In this document: one piece after another, positions 9,298 through 19,221 of the stretch
Numbering within the stretch: the first letter of the stretch is position 1
How the letters are laid out: each line of letters starts with the position of its first letter
Assembly: GCA_965203905.1 (NCBI GenBank)
Contig: CBDBDQ010000005.1
Span: 448,001-512,000, forward strand
Length of the DNA: 64,000 nucleotides
Direction: 5' to 3'
Source of the DNA: Spirochaetia bacterium
GTDB lineage: Bacteria > Spirochaetota > Spirochaetia > SZUA-6 > Bin103
Translations under genes and position numbers: made by a program
The notes under the pieces: model-generated
Seen by the model: only the letters and a program-made list of their open reading frames with translations
Database searches by the model: none
What the model was told of the DNA's origin: nothing

Positions 9298-10209
9298 ATG
9301 AACAGGTTGCCGACTGAGAAGCGTGCGCAGATCCTTAAGATGCTGGTCGAGGGGATGTCGATGCGGGCTACGGCCCGCGTTGCTGGCGTTTCGTTCAACA
9401 CCATCGCCAAGCTGCTCATGGAGGCCGCCGACGCGGCGGACGCCTACCACGATGAGCATGTGCGCGGCCTTCAGGGCCACCGGCACATCCAGTGCGATGA
9501 GATATGGGCATTCATCCACTGCAAAGAAGGCAGTCGCCAGTTCGCCAAGGCGGCCCCGGATGAGGCTGGCGACTCCTGGACCTGGACTGCCATCGACTCC
9601 GAAAGCAAGCTGATCGTCAGCTACCGGGTCAGCTCGCACCGCGACGGCGAAGCCGCCCTGCACTTCATGGACGATCTGCACCGCCGGGTCGAGAATCGAA
9701 TCCAGCTCTCCACGGACGGACTAAAGGCGTACCGCGAGGCAGTATGGGAGGCGTTCGGCCCCGACGTGGACTTCGCGCAGATCATCAAGGAGTACTGCAA
9801 GGCGGACGGCATCGACAACGAGCGGCGCTACAGCCCCGCGACGTGCAGCGCGATGGAAAAGATCGTCGTGCAGGGCGCGCCCGACCTGGACACGGCGAAC
9901 ACGAGCTACGTGGAGCGGCACAATCTGTCGATGCGGATGGGGATAAGGCGGTTCACGCGGCTGACCAACGCGTTCTCGAAGAAGCTGGAGAAGCACGCGG
10001 CGATGCAGGCGATCTACTTCTTCAGCTACAACCACGTGAAGCCGCACGGCTCGCTGCGGACGAAGGGCGACAACCGGGTGACGCCGGCGATGGCTTCAGG
10101 GATCGCGGAGCGCCCCGCGACGCTGGGTCAACTGGTGAAGCTCATGGATGAGCGGGCGCCGAAGCCGAACCGGCCGAAGACCTACCGGAAGCGCCCGGCG
10201 GCAGCCTGA
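9298..10209 (+). CDS. IS1-family-like DDE transposase
   Basis: N-terminal HTH (EGMSMRATAR), QCDEIW, LSTDG, and TSYVERHNLSMRMGIRRFTRLTNAFSKK. Confidence 0.92.
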   Translation: MNRLPTEKRAQILKMLVEGMSMRATARVAGVSFNTIAKLLMEAADAADAYHDEHVRGLQGHRHIQCDEIWAFIHCKEGSRQFAKAAPDEAGDSWTWTAIDSESKLIVSYRVSSHRDGEAALHFMDDLHRRVENRIQLSTDGLKAYREAVWEAFGPDVDFAQIIKEYCKADGIDNERRYSPATCSAMEKIVVQGAPDLDTANTSYVERHNLSMRMGIRRFTRLTNAFSKKLEKHAAMQAIYFFSYNHVKPHGSLRTKGDNRVTPAMASGIAERPATLGQLVKLMDERAPKPNRPKTYRKRPAAA

Positions 10210-10371
10210 AAATATCTTTATTCAAAATGATGCACTACCCAGCAGCCATGATTGTTGACGGCGCTCGTGGAGCGTGCGATTGTTCGAGCGAGGAGTTCGG
10301 CCATACTTGGTAGGGGTCCGGTCTCGCCGGTCCCCGGGGCTGCGCGAACTCTGATACAGGGATGGATGTTG

Positions 10372-10596
10372 ATGAACCAGCTTCTGCAAAGGGCCTTCAG
10401 CAAGGCGGCCGAACTCCCGCAGGCGGAACAGGATAGATTCGCGCGATTTCTCCTGGCCGAGTTGGAATCCGAGCGGCGATGGGCCGAACTGTTTGGTCGT
10501 CCCGAGTCGGAGGACCTGCTGGAGCTGCTGGCCAGTGAGGCCTTGTCGGAGCACCATGCGGGGCGGACGCTGCCGCTCAAGGCAGAAGATCTATAG
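10372..10596 (+). CDS. Putative antitoxin
   Basis: MNQLLQRAF..LPQAEQD..W..F..EA..AG; acidic; ends 2 nt before a RelE-like gene. Confidence 0.75.
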   Translation: MNQLLQRAFSKAAELPQAEQDRFARFLLAELESERRWAELFGRPESEDLLELLASEALSEHHAGRTLPLKAEDL

Positions 10597-10598
10597 AT

Positions 10599-10868
10599 GT
10601 GCGTTCGTTCGCCCGAAAGAGCTTCTGGGAGGCATATCGACGCCTACCAGACCATGTGCGCCGACAGGCTCGGGAGTCCTACCGCTTCTTTGTGTTGGAT
10701 CCGCGTCACCCAAGCCTGGGGTTCAAGCGCGTGAGTCAGAGGTCTCCGGTGTACTCGGTACGCGTAAGCATCGACTATCGCGCTCTCGGCGTAATGGACC
10801 ACGGCGACATCGTGTGGTTCTGGATCGGCGCACACCACGAGTACGACAGACTTCTTGCGCGAAGGTAG
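10599..10868 (+). CDS. RelE/ParE-superfamily toxin
   Basis: FW..Y..LP..VR..A..DPRHPSLGFKRV..YSVRV..YRALG..WFWIGAHHEYD. Confidence 0.85.
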   Translation: MRSFARKSFWEAYRRLPDHVRRQARESYRFFVLDPRHPSLGFKRVSQRSPVYSVRVSIDYRALGVMDHGDIVWFWIGAHHEYDRLLARR

Positions 10869-10948
10869 CTGTGAGCGTTACGGCGATCGCGCGAGCATGT
10901 AACCTGCCGGTGCCCCGGGAACGCCGTCCAGGCATCGACCAGCGCGCA

Positions 10949-11800
10949 TTAATCCTTCAGCTCCGCTCTGGTCCCGATCCAGGCATGCATGTATATCTCC
11001 TTCAGCTCGTCAATTGAGAGGCCAACATCGGCTGCCCCAGACCGGCTGCAGGTGTCGGTGGCCAGCAGGTCGACCTGCTCCAGCCAGCGCGTCTCGTCCA
11101 CACCCGAATCCCTGATGGACAGGGGAATACCGACCTTCTGTTTGAGCTGATCCAACGCATCCAGGAGGTTGCTGATCTGCGTCTGGTCATCCTCTCCTGC
11201 TATGCCCAGTGACGTGGCCAGGCTGCAGAGGCGGGCCCTGTGGGTGGGGTAGAGGAAGGCGAACACCGGGCAGAGCAAGAAGGCATTGGCGCGGCCATGA
11301 GGAATGCGAAACGCGGCGCCCATGGCATGCGAGGGGACGTGAATGGGAGCGGGGGCCATCTGGGACAAGAGTGCTCGTCCGGTCCGGTTGCCGCTGTTGT
11401 CGTGGCGAGCGTTCCTCCCTGCATCCCCATCCCTGCCTGCAGAGAGGCCAGGTGTATCTTCTCTCTGGCTTGGAGATCCCTGCCGTCGGCTACTGCCGTC
11501 GGCAGCCATTTGAATTTGGTATTGGCTGCCCGGAGAGCGAGGGTGTCGCGCGCAGATGGATGATCAATCGACGTAACGTACCCCTCTACGGCGTGAATGA
11601 GGGCATCATATCCGCAGTCGGCCGTGACCGTTGGTGGCATCGTTAGGGTCAGCCCGTGGTCGACGATGGCGACATCCGGCACGAGCTGTTCAGAGAAGAC
11701 GCCGGTCTTGAGCGGTGGGTGCGCCTCCCCGTCGATGAAGATCGCCGCCCCGCTTACCTCGGAGGCGCTGCCGCTGGTGGTTGGGATTGTACTTGAACAC
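10949..11800 (-). pseudogene. Fe-containing alcohol dehydrogenase (AdhE C-terminal-like), frameshifted and 5'-truncated
   Basis: PTTSGS.SEV, PDVAIVD and GYDALIHAVE lie in one frame; HAMG..IPHGRANA lies in another. Confidence 0.8.
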
Positions 11801-12128
11801 GCAGACCCGGCGCAGGATCGTCACCTCCTCCGGGGCTGGCTCTTTGCCCAGGAAGTCCTCGGTGGGCCGGGCCGGGCACATGACGTAGCACGGCTCCCCC
11901 GGTTCGACGCCGGCCGGGAGGGGGGACACCGGGGTGAAATTGCGGTTATAGGGTTCCGCTTCCAGCCATCCCGTCGCGCCGACGGTGGGCTGACGCTATC
12001 AGGGTGGAGCTACGGGTCGAATCCGCACCGGCCCTGTGGGCAAACCGAGTCGCCGATTCCCGCCCGCCTGCAGCCCCCGCCCGCCTGGGGCCGCCCGCCC
12101 CGCCGCCGGCCGCCGGCCCCGCGTCGGC

Positions 12129-13772
12129 TCAGCTCAGTAGGAAGCCCTGGTAGCCGTCGGCCACCACCCGCTCACAGTGCTTCACGTAGTCGGGGAAGCC
12201 CGGCAGCGGCATGAACACGCGCGGCTTACCGGGGATATTGGCCCCCACGTACCAGGAGTTGCACTGCGGGTAGAGGTAGGTGTCGGCCTCGCTGTTGACG
12301 TGATCGACCCAGGCATCCTGCGCGCCGCCGTCTGCTTCTATGCAGCTGAGGTCGCGCTCACGCAGGTAGGCCATGCAGTCGGCCACCCACTCGATGTGCT
12401 GCTCGATCGCTACGACCATGTTGGTCAGCACCGATGGGCTCCCGGGGCCGGTAATGGTGAACATGTTGGGAAAGCCGGCGACCGTAAGCCCCAGATAGTT
12501 ACGGGGGCCTGCGGCCCATGCCTCCTGCAGTGACGTGCCATCACGTCCACGTATGTCGATGGCCAGCAACGCCCCGGTCATGCCGTCGAACCCGGTGGCA
12601 AACACGATGACGTCCAACTCGACCTCGGAGCCGTCAACGAGCTGGACGCCCACCGGCGTAATCGACTCGATCGGGTTGGACTTGATGTCCACCAGGCGAA
12701 CGTTGCTGCGATTGAAGGTCTCGAAGTAGCCGCTGTCGAGCACCGGACGCTTGCAGGCGATGAGGTAGTCGGGGCACAGCAGCTCGGCGACCTCGGGATC
12801 TTCGACGGTGGCACGGATCTTGCGACGGACAAACTCCGCCGCGGTATCGTTGGCGGCGCGACGGCGCAGCAGGTCGTTGAACGAGCCAAGAAACGGAAAC
12901 CCGCCAAGCTGCCAGCGCTCCTCGTAGACCCGCTCGCGTTCCTCGGGGTCCACTGCCAGCGCCGACACATCACGACGCGGCACGTGGGACAGCTGCGCGC
13001 TCCACTCCATCCGGTTGCGGGCGCGAAAGCCGGCGTAGTCCGCCTTGATCGCGGCTACCACGGCCGGGTCGACCGGGCGGTTGCGCGCCGGAATCGAGTA
13101 CTGGGCGGTGCGCTGGAACACCACCAGCTCGGCGGCCTGCGACGCGATTACCGGGGTGGCCTGTATCGCCGATGAGCCGGTGCCGATGACGCCCACCCGC
13201 TTGCCGACCAGATCGACGCCGTCGGCGGGCCACAGCCCGGTGTGCACCGTAGGTCCCGCGAAGCTGTCGATGCCCGGAATCTTCGGGTAGTTCACCTTCG
13301 ACAGGCAGCCCGCGGCCATGATCAGGAACTGCGCGTCGAACATCTGGCGGTGGTCGGTGGCGACCCGCCAGCGATTGTCATCCTCGTCGAAGACCGCGGA
13401 CCGGACGCGGGTGTCGAACTGTATGTCGCGCACCAGGTCGAATCGCGCCGCTACGTGCTGCAGATATTTCAGGATCTCGGGCTGAGTGGGATAGCGCTCA
13501 GGCCACTCCCACTCCTGCTGCAGCTCTTCGGAGAAGCTATAGGAGTACTCCATGGTGTCGGTGTCGCAGCGTGCCCCCGGGTACCGGTTCCAGTACCAGG
13601 TGCCACCTACTCCCGAACCGGCTTCGATGACTCGAGCGGTCAGCCCCAGCTCCCGCATCTTGTAGAGCGCGTACATGCCCGAGATGCCGGCTCCGACGAT
13701 CAGCGCATCCCACCTGTTCGCCTCCGCCTCCGCAGGCGGATGATCCGGGGCGCGGCGCGGCGCGGCTGCCAT
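12129..13772 (-). CDS. Baeyer-Villiger monooxygenase (cyclohexanone/phenylacetone monooxygenase family)
   Basis: GAGISG, GGTWYWNRYPGARCD, FAGPTVHTGLWP (BVMO fingerprint), GTGSS and SWYVGANIPGKPR. Confidence 0.95.
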   Translation of the reverse strand: MAAAPRRAPDHPPAEAEANRWDALIVGAGISGMYALYKMRELGLTARVIEAGSGVGGTWYWNRYPGARCDTDTMEYSYSFSEELQQEWEWPERYPTQPEILKYLQHVAARFDLVRDIQFDTRVRSAVFDEDDNRWRVATDHRQMFDAQFLIMAAGCLSKVNYPKIPGIDSFAGPTVHTGLWPADGVDLVGKRVGVIGTGSSAIQATPVIASQAAELVVFQRTAQYSIPARNRPVDPAVVAAIKADYAGFRARNRMEWSAQLSHVPRRDVSALAVDPEERERVYEERWQLGGFPFLGSFNDLLRRRAANDTAAEFVRRKIRATVEDPEVAELLCPDYLIACKRPVLDSGYFETFNRSNVRLVDIKSNPIESITPVGVQLVDGSEVELDVIVFATGFDGMTGALLAIDIRGRDGTSLQEAWAAGPRNYLGLTVAGFPNMFTITGPGSPSVLTNMVVAIEQHIEWVADCMAYLRERDLSCIEADGGAQDAWVDHVNSEADTYLYPQCNSWYVGANIPGKPRVFMPLPGFPDYVKHCERVVADGYQGFLLS

Positions 13773-13973
13773 GGCCACACCGTAGCACATGCCGCGCGCA
13801 ACGTGGACAGCGGATTGCGCCATCGAACGGCGGCGGGTGGCCGGGCCGCCACACGCAGGACGCGTGCGGACGCACGTGGTAACGGCCCACGAATCGCCAT
13901 CGACAGCCGCTGGTGAGTGGGGGTGCGCAGCGTGCGGGCCCGCCGCGACGGTCCGTGCTACTATGCTGCGGTG

Positions 13974-16793
13974 ATGCAGACTGCGGCGTTGACGTCTCGT
14001 TCGTTTCTCGCCGGCGCGGCCGCCAAGCGCCGCGTCGCAGGCGTCGTGCTGCTGCTGGTCATCCTGGTGCCGTTCGCGGCGCTGAACCGGCTCCCCAAGC
14101 TGGATACGGTTCGCGAGGACCTCCGCGCCGCGCTCGCCCCCACCGCTCAGTGTTTTCAGGGGTTCTGCATCGAGGATCCCGACCGGGCGAGCAAAGAGAG
14201 CGGCTTCTTCGACCGTTGGTGGCGATTCTCCGTGACCTACCTCCAGCTCGTTGCCGTCGGGATGTTGTTCGCGTTTGCGGCCGCCGCCATCGCCGAGGCG
14301 TTTCTGGTCTCCGACCTGTCGGTGCGTGCAGGCCCCGCGACCGCGGCCACTGGACCCGGACGTTGGCGGCGCATCCTGAAGGGCGTCGGTCTCGGCCCCG
14401 TGCTCAACCTCTGTTCGGCCTGCATCGCTCCGGTGTCCAGCACGCTGCGGCGCGGCGGCATGGGAGTCGAGGGCGCGCTCGCCCTGGTGCACGGATCGGC
14501 CACGCTGAACGTGCCGTCGCTGCTGATGATCGCCGTGGTCTTCACCCCGCTGCTCGGTGCGAGCCGGCTCGTTCTCGGGTTGGTCGCAGCGTTCTCGCTG
14601 GGGCCCCTGGTCGCGTGGGCGACCCGCCGGCGGGGCGCGAGCCTCGACCACCGCGCGGGCGCCGAGGTCGCGTGCGAGCTGCCGGTAGTGGGAGCGGAGA
14701 CTGCGACCTGGTCGGAGGTGCTGCGCACCGGCGGCGCGCACTGGCTGCGCTCGTTCGTCCGCCTGGTGCGGCGCATGTTGCCGCTCATGATCGTGGCCGG
14801 CTTCGCCAGCGGCGCGGCGATCCAGGTATTGCAGCCACAGACCGTTACCGCCTACCTCGGCGACAGCCTGCTGGGGGTCCTCATCGCGGCGACGCTCGGT
14901 GTTCTGATCAACGTGCCGTTGCTGTTCGAGATCCCGCTCGTCGCGCTGCTGCTGATCCTCGGCGCCGGCACGGCGCCGGCCGCGGCCCTGCTGTTCGCCG
15001 CCGCCGCCGCCGGACCGGTTACCTTCCTCGCGCTCGCCAAGGCACTCGGTCGCCGCGGCGTCGCCGTCTACGCGGGCGGCACCTGGGCCATCGCCGTACT
15101 CGGGGGTTGCGCGGTGCTGCTGTTGGGGGCGCTGCTGGGGCCCCAGCGGGCGGCGCTGCGACTCGACGGTGGTCCGGCTACGGAGCGCGCCGGCCACGTC
15201 GGCGCCGTGCCCAACTCCATCGTGCTGGCCACCTGCGCCAGCGAGCCGGCGCTGTGCCCCGAGCAGAGCGGACTTCGTTGGCCGCACACCCCCACCGTCC
15301 ATGGGCACTCCGTGACCAGTGCCGGCGGCGCCGTCGGCGACTTCGACCGGGACGGTTGGCAAGACCTGTTCGTGCCGTCGGGCGGCACCGAGCCCGACCG
15401 GCTGTACATGAACAACGGCGACGGCAGGTTCACCGATCGCGCCGCCGAGGCGGGAATCGCGGACCGACATCACGGCTACGGCGCGGCCGTCGGGGACGTG
15501 GACGGCGACGGCTGGCTCGACATCTTCGTCATCAGCTATGGCAGCGTGGACCAACGCTTCACCATGCCCGGCAACCACCGCCTCTACCGCAACAACGGCG
15601 ACGGGACGTTCACCGACATCGCCGCTCGGGCGGGGGTGGCCACCACCAGCCTCAAGCAGCCGACCGGCACCAGCGCCAGCTTTGGCGACTACGACCTCGA
15701 CGGCGACCTGGACTTGGCCATTGCCTCGTGGTTCTACGGCGAGGGCGGCAACGCGCTGTTCCGCAACAACGGCGACGGGACGTTCGAGAACGTGACCTCG
15801 CTGTTGCCATTCCAGGGGAAGCGTGCCCCGATGGGGTATACGCCGCTGTTCGCCGACATGGATGGCGACCGCTACCCCGAGCTGCTGTGGGCCGGCGACT
15901 ACTTCACCAGCCGCTACCTCCGCAACGATGGTGGTGGCGGCTTTACCGACATTACCGAGCAAGCCCAGACCGGGCTGGACGCCAACGGCATGGGTGCGGC
16001 GGCAGCCGATCTCGACAACGACGGCAGGCTCGACTGGTTCGTCACCTCAATCAGCACACGGTATGCGATCGAGAAGGCGCCGGGTACCGGGAACTTCCTG
16101 TATCGCAACCAGGGCGACCATCGCTACGAGTCGGTCGGCGCCAGCGCCGGAGTCAAGGAGGGCGGCTGGGGATGGGGTGCCGTCGCGGTGGACCTGGACC
16201 ACGACGGCTGGCTCGACCTCGTGCAGACCAACGGCTGGGAGGGGCACAACGGCCGGGACGATCCCGAGTGGGCGTCCGAGGCGACCAGGGTGTTCCGCAA
16301 CCTCACCGCCGTTTCGCCTGGGCTGACCTTCGCCGACGTCGCCGAAGACGCGGGCCTGGTGCACCGCGGGCAGGGCCGGGGAGTGGTCCACCTCGACTAC
16401 GACAACGACGGCGACCAGGACCTGGTCATCTTCAACAACCGAGGCCTACCCACGTTGGTGCGCAACGAACTCGACCCGGGTGCGGACGGCAGCGGGCGCT
16501 GGCTGCGCGTGTTTCTGGATACCACAGCGCGGGCGGATCTGGCGCCCGACGGTTTCGGCAGCCTGGTTGCGGTGCGCGCCGGCGATCTTCGTCAGGTGCG
16601 CTACGTCGGCGCGGCGGCGGGCTACCTCGGCCCGTCCGAGCTGTCGGCCCATTTCGGTCTCGGCACCGCGCCGGTGGTGGACGAGCTGCAGGTGCACTGG
16701 CCCGACGGCAGCACCTCCACCTACCACCAGGTGCCCACCAACCGCACCCTCACCATCGTGGCGCGTCAGGAGTCTGTCGGATTGGCGCGTTAG
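13974..16793 (+). CDS. DUF318/ArsP-like permease fused to an FG-GAP and ASPIC/UnbV (CRTAC1-like) domain
   Basis: Multiple TM helices with NLCSACIAP, followed by GDFDRDG repeats, NNGDGTF turns and C-terminal HFGLG..V.WPDG. Confidence 0.85.
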   Translation: MQTAALTSRSFLAGAAAKRRVAGVVLLLVILVPFAALNRLPKLDTVREDLRAALAPTAQCFQGFCIEDPDRASKESGFFDRWWRFSVTYLQLVAVGMLFAFAAAAIAEAFLVSDLSVRAGPATAATGPGRWRRILKGVGLGPVLNLCSACIAPVSSTLRRGGMGVEGALALVHGSATLNVPSLLMIAVVFTPLLGASRLVLGLVAAFSLGPLVAWATRRRGASLDHRAGAEVACELPVVGAETATWSEVLRTGGAHWLRSFVRLVRRMLPLMIVAGFASGAAIQVLQPQTVTAYLGDSLLGVLIAATLGVLINVPLLFEIPLVALLLILGAGTAPAAALLFAAAAAGPVTFLALAKALGRRGVAVYAGGTWAIAVLGGCAVLLLGALLGPQRAALRLDGGPATERAGHVGAVPNSIVLATCASEPALCPEQSGLRWPHTPTVHGHSVTSAGGAVGDFDRDGWQDLFVPSGGTEPDRLYMNNGDGRFTDRAAEAGIADRHHGYGAAVGDVDGDGWLDIFVISYGSVDQRFTMPGNHRLYRNNGDGTFTDIAARAGVATTSLKQPTGTSASFGDYDLDGDLDLAIASWFYGEGGNALFRNNGDGTFENVTSLLPFQGKRAPMGYTPLFADMDGDRYPELLWAGDYFTSRYLRNDGGGGFTDITEQAQTGLDANGMGAAAADLDNDGRLDWFVTSISTRYAIEKAPGTGNFLYRNQGDHRYESVGASAGVKEGGWGWGAVAVDLDHDGWLDLVQTNGWEGHNGRDDPEWASEATRVFRNLTAVSPGLTFADVAEDAGLVHRGQGRGVVHLDYDNDGDQDLVIFNNRGLPTLVRNELDPGADGSGRWLRVFLDTTARADLAPDGFGSLVAVRAGDLRQVRYVGAAAGYLGPSELSAHFGLGTAPVVDELQVHWPDGSTSTYHQVPTNRTLTIVARQESVGLAR
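15227..15376 (+). repeat. 150-bp segment duplicated at 19072-19221
   Basis: Hand alignment is ungapped with 10 mismatches. Confidence 0.9.
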
Positions 16794-16989
16794 CGGCAGC
16801 TCCGACAGGACTCCGTACGGTAGGCGGGGCTGGGCCGCAAGCGACGCCGCGAGGCGGCGGTTTCGGGGCGCTGACGTGAACCCCGAGAACCTCAGCCGCA
16901 GCATCGGGCCGCTCACGCATGCCACGCAGCCGGTGCATCCTACCGCCCCCTGTACCCCCCACACACACTTTCAACCGACAAACAACTAA

Positions 16990-18298
16990 GGAGTCTCGCC
17001 AAAATAAGTTGGTCTTTTAGTCACTGTCGGGGAGTCAGCATGTAGTTCCATTCGCCGTGAAACCGATCGCGCTTCAGATTCAGTGCCTGCATCTGTTCGT
17101 CGCTCACCGTCTGCCCCGTCGGGTAGCTGTTGTGGTCCAACTCCGAGCGGATCGTCAAGCCGCTCCTGGTCCTCGTGTGGCCGATCAGGTTCACCACCAC
17201 CTGCCGGCTCACCAGCGGTCGCCCGCGCCAGTTCTCGGTGATGTGACAGAACATCCGATGCTCGATCTTGTTCCACTTGCTGGTCCCCGGCGGAAAGTGA
17301 CACACCGAGATGCGCAGCCCCGTGGCATCGGCGAACTGCTGCAACTCCACCTTCCACAGCCGACTGCGACTGCTGTTTGAACCGCCCCCGTCGGCCGTGA
17401 TCAGCAACCGCCGCGCCTGTGGATACGCCATATGGCCCATCCTCTGCCACCACCTCCGCAGTGTCTCCACGGCGAATACCGCGGTGTCGTGATCCTCCCC
17501 CACGCTCACCCAGCCGGTGTCACCGGTCACGTCGTAGATCCCGTACGGAATCGCCTTGCCGAGCGTCTTATCCACGAAATCGTGCACCTTGACGCGCTCC
17601 GGTTGGCCCTTCGGGCGCCACTCTCGACCCCCGTTGCGGTACTCGCCCACCAACTCCTTTTTCTTGGTGTCAACAGAAACTACCGGCTGCCGCAGAGCCT
17701 GAAACGCGCGCACCCTCCGGTTGATGTGCTTGAACTGCGCATCGCGGTCGACATGCTGCGTGCCTTCCAGCGTCTTGCGGTTGGCCTGCAGGCTGTAGCC
17801 CAACTCATGCAACAGCCGGTTCACGGTCCGCTCGCTCACCGGGTGACCGGCCGCCTGCAGTTCCTCGGCCAACCGCGCCGCGCTACTGCAGGTCCACAGC
17901 AACGGCCCCATCGGGTCGCCGCGGGTGACCGGGTCGACCAACCGCTCCAGCGCCTGTGTCAACTTCGGGTCGCGGGCGGTCAACGGCTTACGGCCTGCGC
18001 CGGGTCGTCGCTGGCGTCCGCTGTTGGCTTGTGCCCCTGCTGCTGCGCCGGCATCCAGTTCCTTCAGCCCGGCGTGAATGGTGGTCCGCGAGATCCCGGT
18101 GGCGGCCGCCACACAGGCGATGCCGCCACGGCCCAGCAGGCGCGCCTCCACCGCAGCCCAGCGGCGCCGGAGGCGCTCGTCAAACAATGGATTCAGGGCT
18201 GCGAACTTGGTCTTGACCGCTTGGGTGAGAATTGGGTCCACTACGTCTGAGTAGATTATCGGCTACTCCGTTCGATCACTTTATTTTGGCGAGAGTCC
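16990..18298 (-). mobile_element. ISAzo13-family insertion sequence
   Basis: TIRs GGAGTCTCGCCAAAATAA and TTATTTTGGCGAGAGTCC; TAA duplicated at 16987-16989 and 18299-18301. Confidence 0.93.
17021..18241 (-). CDS. ISAzo13 DDE transposase
   Basis: SVDTKKKELVG, ITADGGGSN and PPGTSKWNKIEHRMF. Confidence 0.95.
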   Translation of the reverse strand: MDPILTQAVKTKFAALNPLFDERLRRRWAAVEARLLGRGGIACVAAATGISRTTIHAGLKELDAGAAAGAQANSGRQRRPGAGRKPLTARDPKLTQALERLVDPVTRGDPMGPLLWTCSSAARLAEELQAAGHPVSERTVNRLLHELGYSLQANRKTLEGTQHVDRDAQFKHINRRVRAFQALRQPVVSVDTKKKELVGEYRNGGREWRPKGQPERVKVHDFVDKTLGKAIPYGIYDVTGDTGWVSVGEDHDTAVFAVETLRRWWQRMGHMAYPQARRLLITADGGGSNSSRSRLWKVELQQFADATGLRISVCHFPPGTSKWNKIEHRMFCHITENWRGRPLVSRQVVVNLIGHTRTRSGLTIRSELDHNSYPTGQTVSDEQMQALNLKRDRFHGEWNYMLTPRQ

Positions 18299-18624
18299 TA
18301 AGCTCGATTAAAGCCGACTTTTCCAGTAACCAGGCTTGCGACGATCGTGGGCGACAGCAGCACTCGGATCGTGGCTTCGGTCTCGTGGTTGATGTAGACG
18401 ATATGGTACGGGAAGCGCTTGACAGGTGCGCGCCGCACACGCAGCTCGGCAGGCACGCGAGGCACGAACACACCTGCACGCGGGAAGCGAACGATATGGG
18501 CCAGGGTGGCGTCTACCGTGTCGAGGAACTCGGTGCCCAATCCGGCTCGCTGGTCGTCGTACCAGCGGGCGGCAGCGCGGTATTCCTGTTCTGCCTCGTC
18601 TTCAAACCGGATAGCGCGGCTCAC
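18298..18624 (-). pseudogene. ParE/RelE toxin with a 1-nt frameshift near the C-terminus
   Basis: EAEQE..AARWY..GLG.EF..RFPYHIVY; the conserved tail AVAHDRRKPGYWKSRL* sits in another frame from ~18358. Confidence 0.8.
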
Positions 18625-18863
18625 CGCCGACGCAGCTCCTCTTCGGCTCGCCGTCTCACATCTTCCCAGGGAATCCCAGCTGATTGGCCGGAGAGAATCC
18701 GCCGCGCCCGCCGCTCGATTTCAGCCGCCCAGGCTGTCTCGACATCCTGCATGTCGCTTTCGGCCTCGTCCAGGCTGACGAGCAATTCGGCAGCCATATC
18801 GGCGCGTTCTTCGGCAGGCAGCGTCAGGGCATCGCGGAGAATCTGTTGCGTACGAGAGGTCAT
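18621..18863 (-). CDS. Addiction-module antitoxin component
   Basis: ALTLPAEERADMAAELLVSL..AWAAEIERR..GIPWEDV. Confidence 0.88.
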   Translation of the reverse strand: MTSRTQQILRDALTLPAEERADMAAELLVSLDEAESDMQDVETAWAAEIERRARRILSGQSAGIPWEDVRRRAEEELRRR

Positions 18864-19071
18864 AGCGGCACTCTAACCGCAGTGAGGCGGCCCACCAAGT
18901 CGGTCACCCAGGCGTCCCAGGCGTTGTGATCAGGTGGTCGTGCCGGCACGTACGACGCGGTAGTGCAGTTGCCAACTGCCGTTCGTAGCGTGAGGGCCGC
19001 GCCCCGCGCTCCCGCCGCCAGCATCTGCGCCCGGACAACGCCAGGCCAGCTGGCGGCCGCCACGTTGCTCC

Positions 19072-19221
19072 GGCCACGTGCGCCAGCGGGCCAGCGCTCT
19101 GCCCCGACCGGAGCGGACTTCGCTGGCCGCACACCCCTACCATCCATGGGCACTCCGTGACCAGTGCCGGCGGCGCCGTCGGCGACTTTGACCGGGACGG
19201 TTGGCAAGACCTGTTCGTGCC
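19072..19221 (+). pseudogene. Truncated paralog of the CRTAC1-like module
   Basis: Encodes ATCASGPALC..GGAVGDFDRDGWQDLFVP, then similarity ends. Confidence 0.75.

Larger units (their letters stand above)
7180..10239 (+). mobile_element. IS1-like DDE transposon with passenger genes (3,060 bp)
   Basis: TIRs GGTAGTGCATCAGTTTGAA (7180-7198) and TTCAAAATGATGCACTACC (10221-10239) differ by one mismatch; 8-bp direct repeat CAGCAGCC at 7172-7179 and 10240-10247. Confidence 0.93.

Noticed and set aside
12129-15962. Apparent 1277-aa BVMO fusion
   Set aside because: The extension upstream of 13772 is the antisense shadow of the permease gene.
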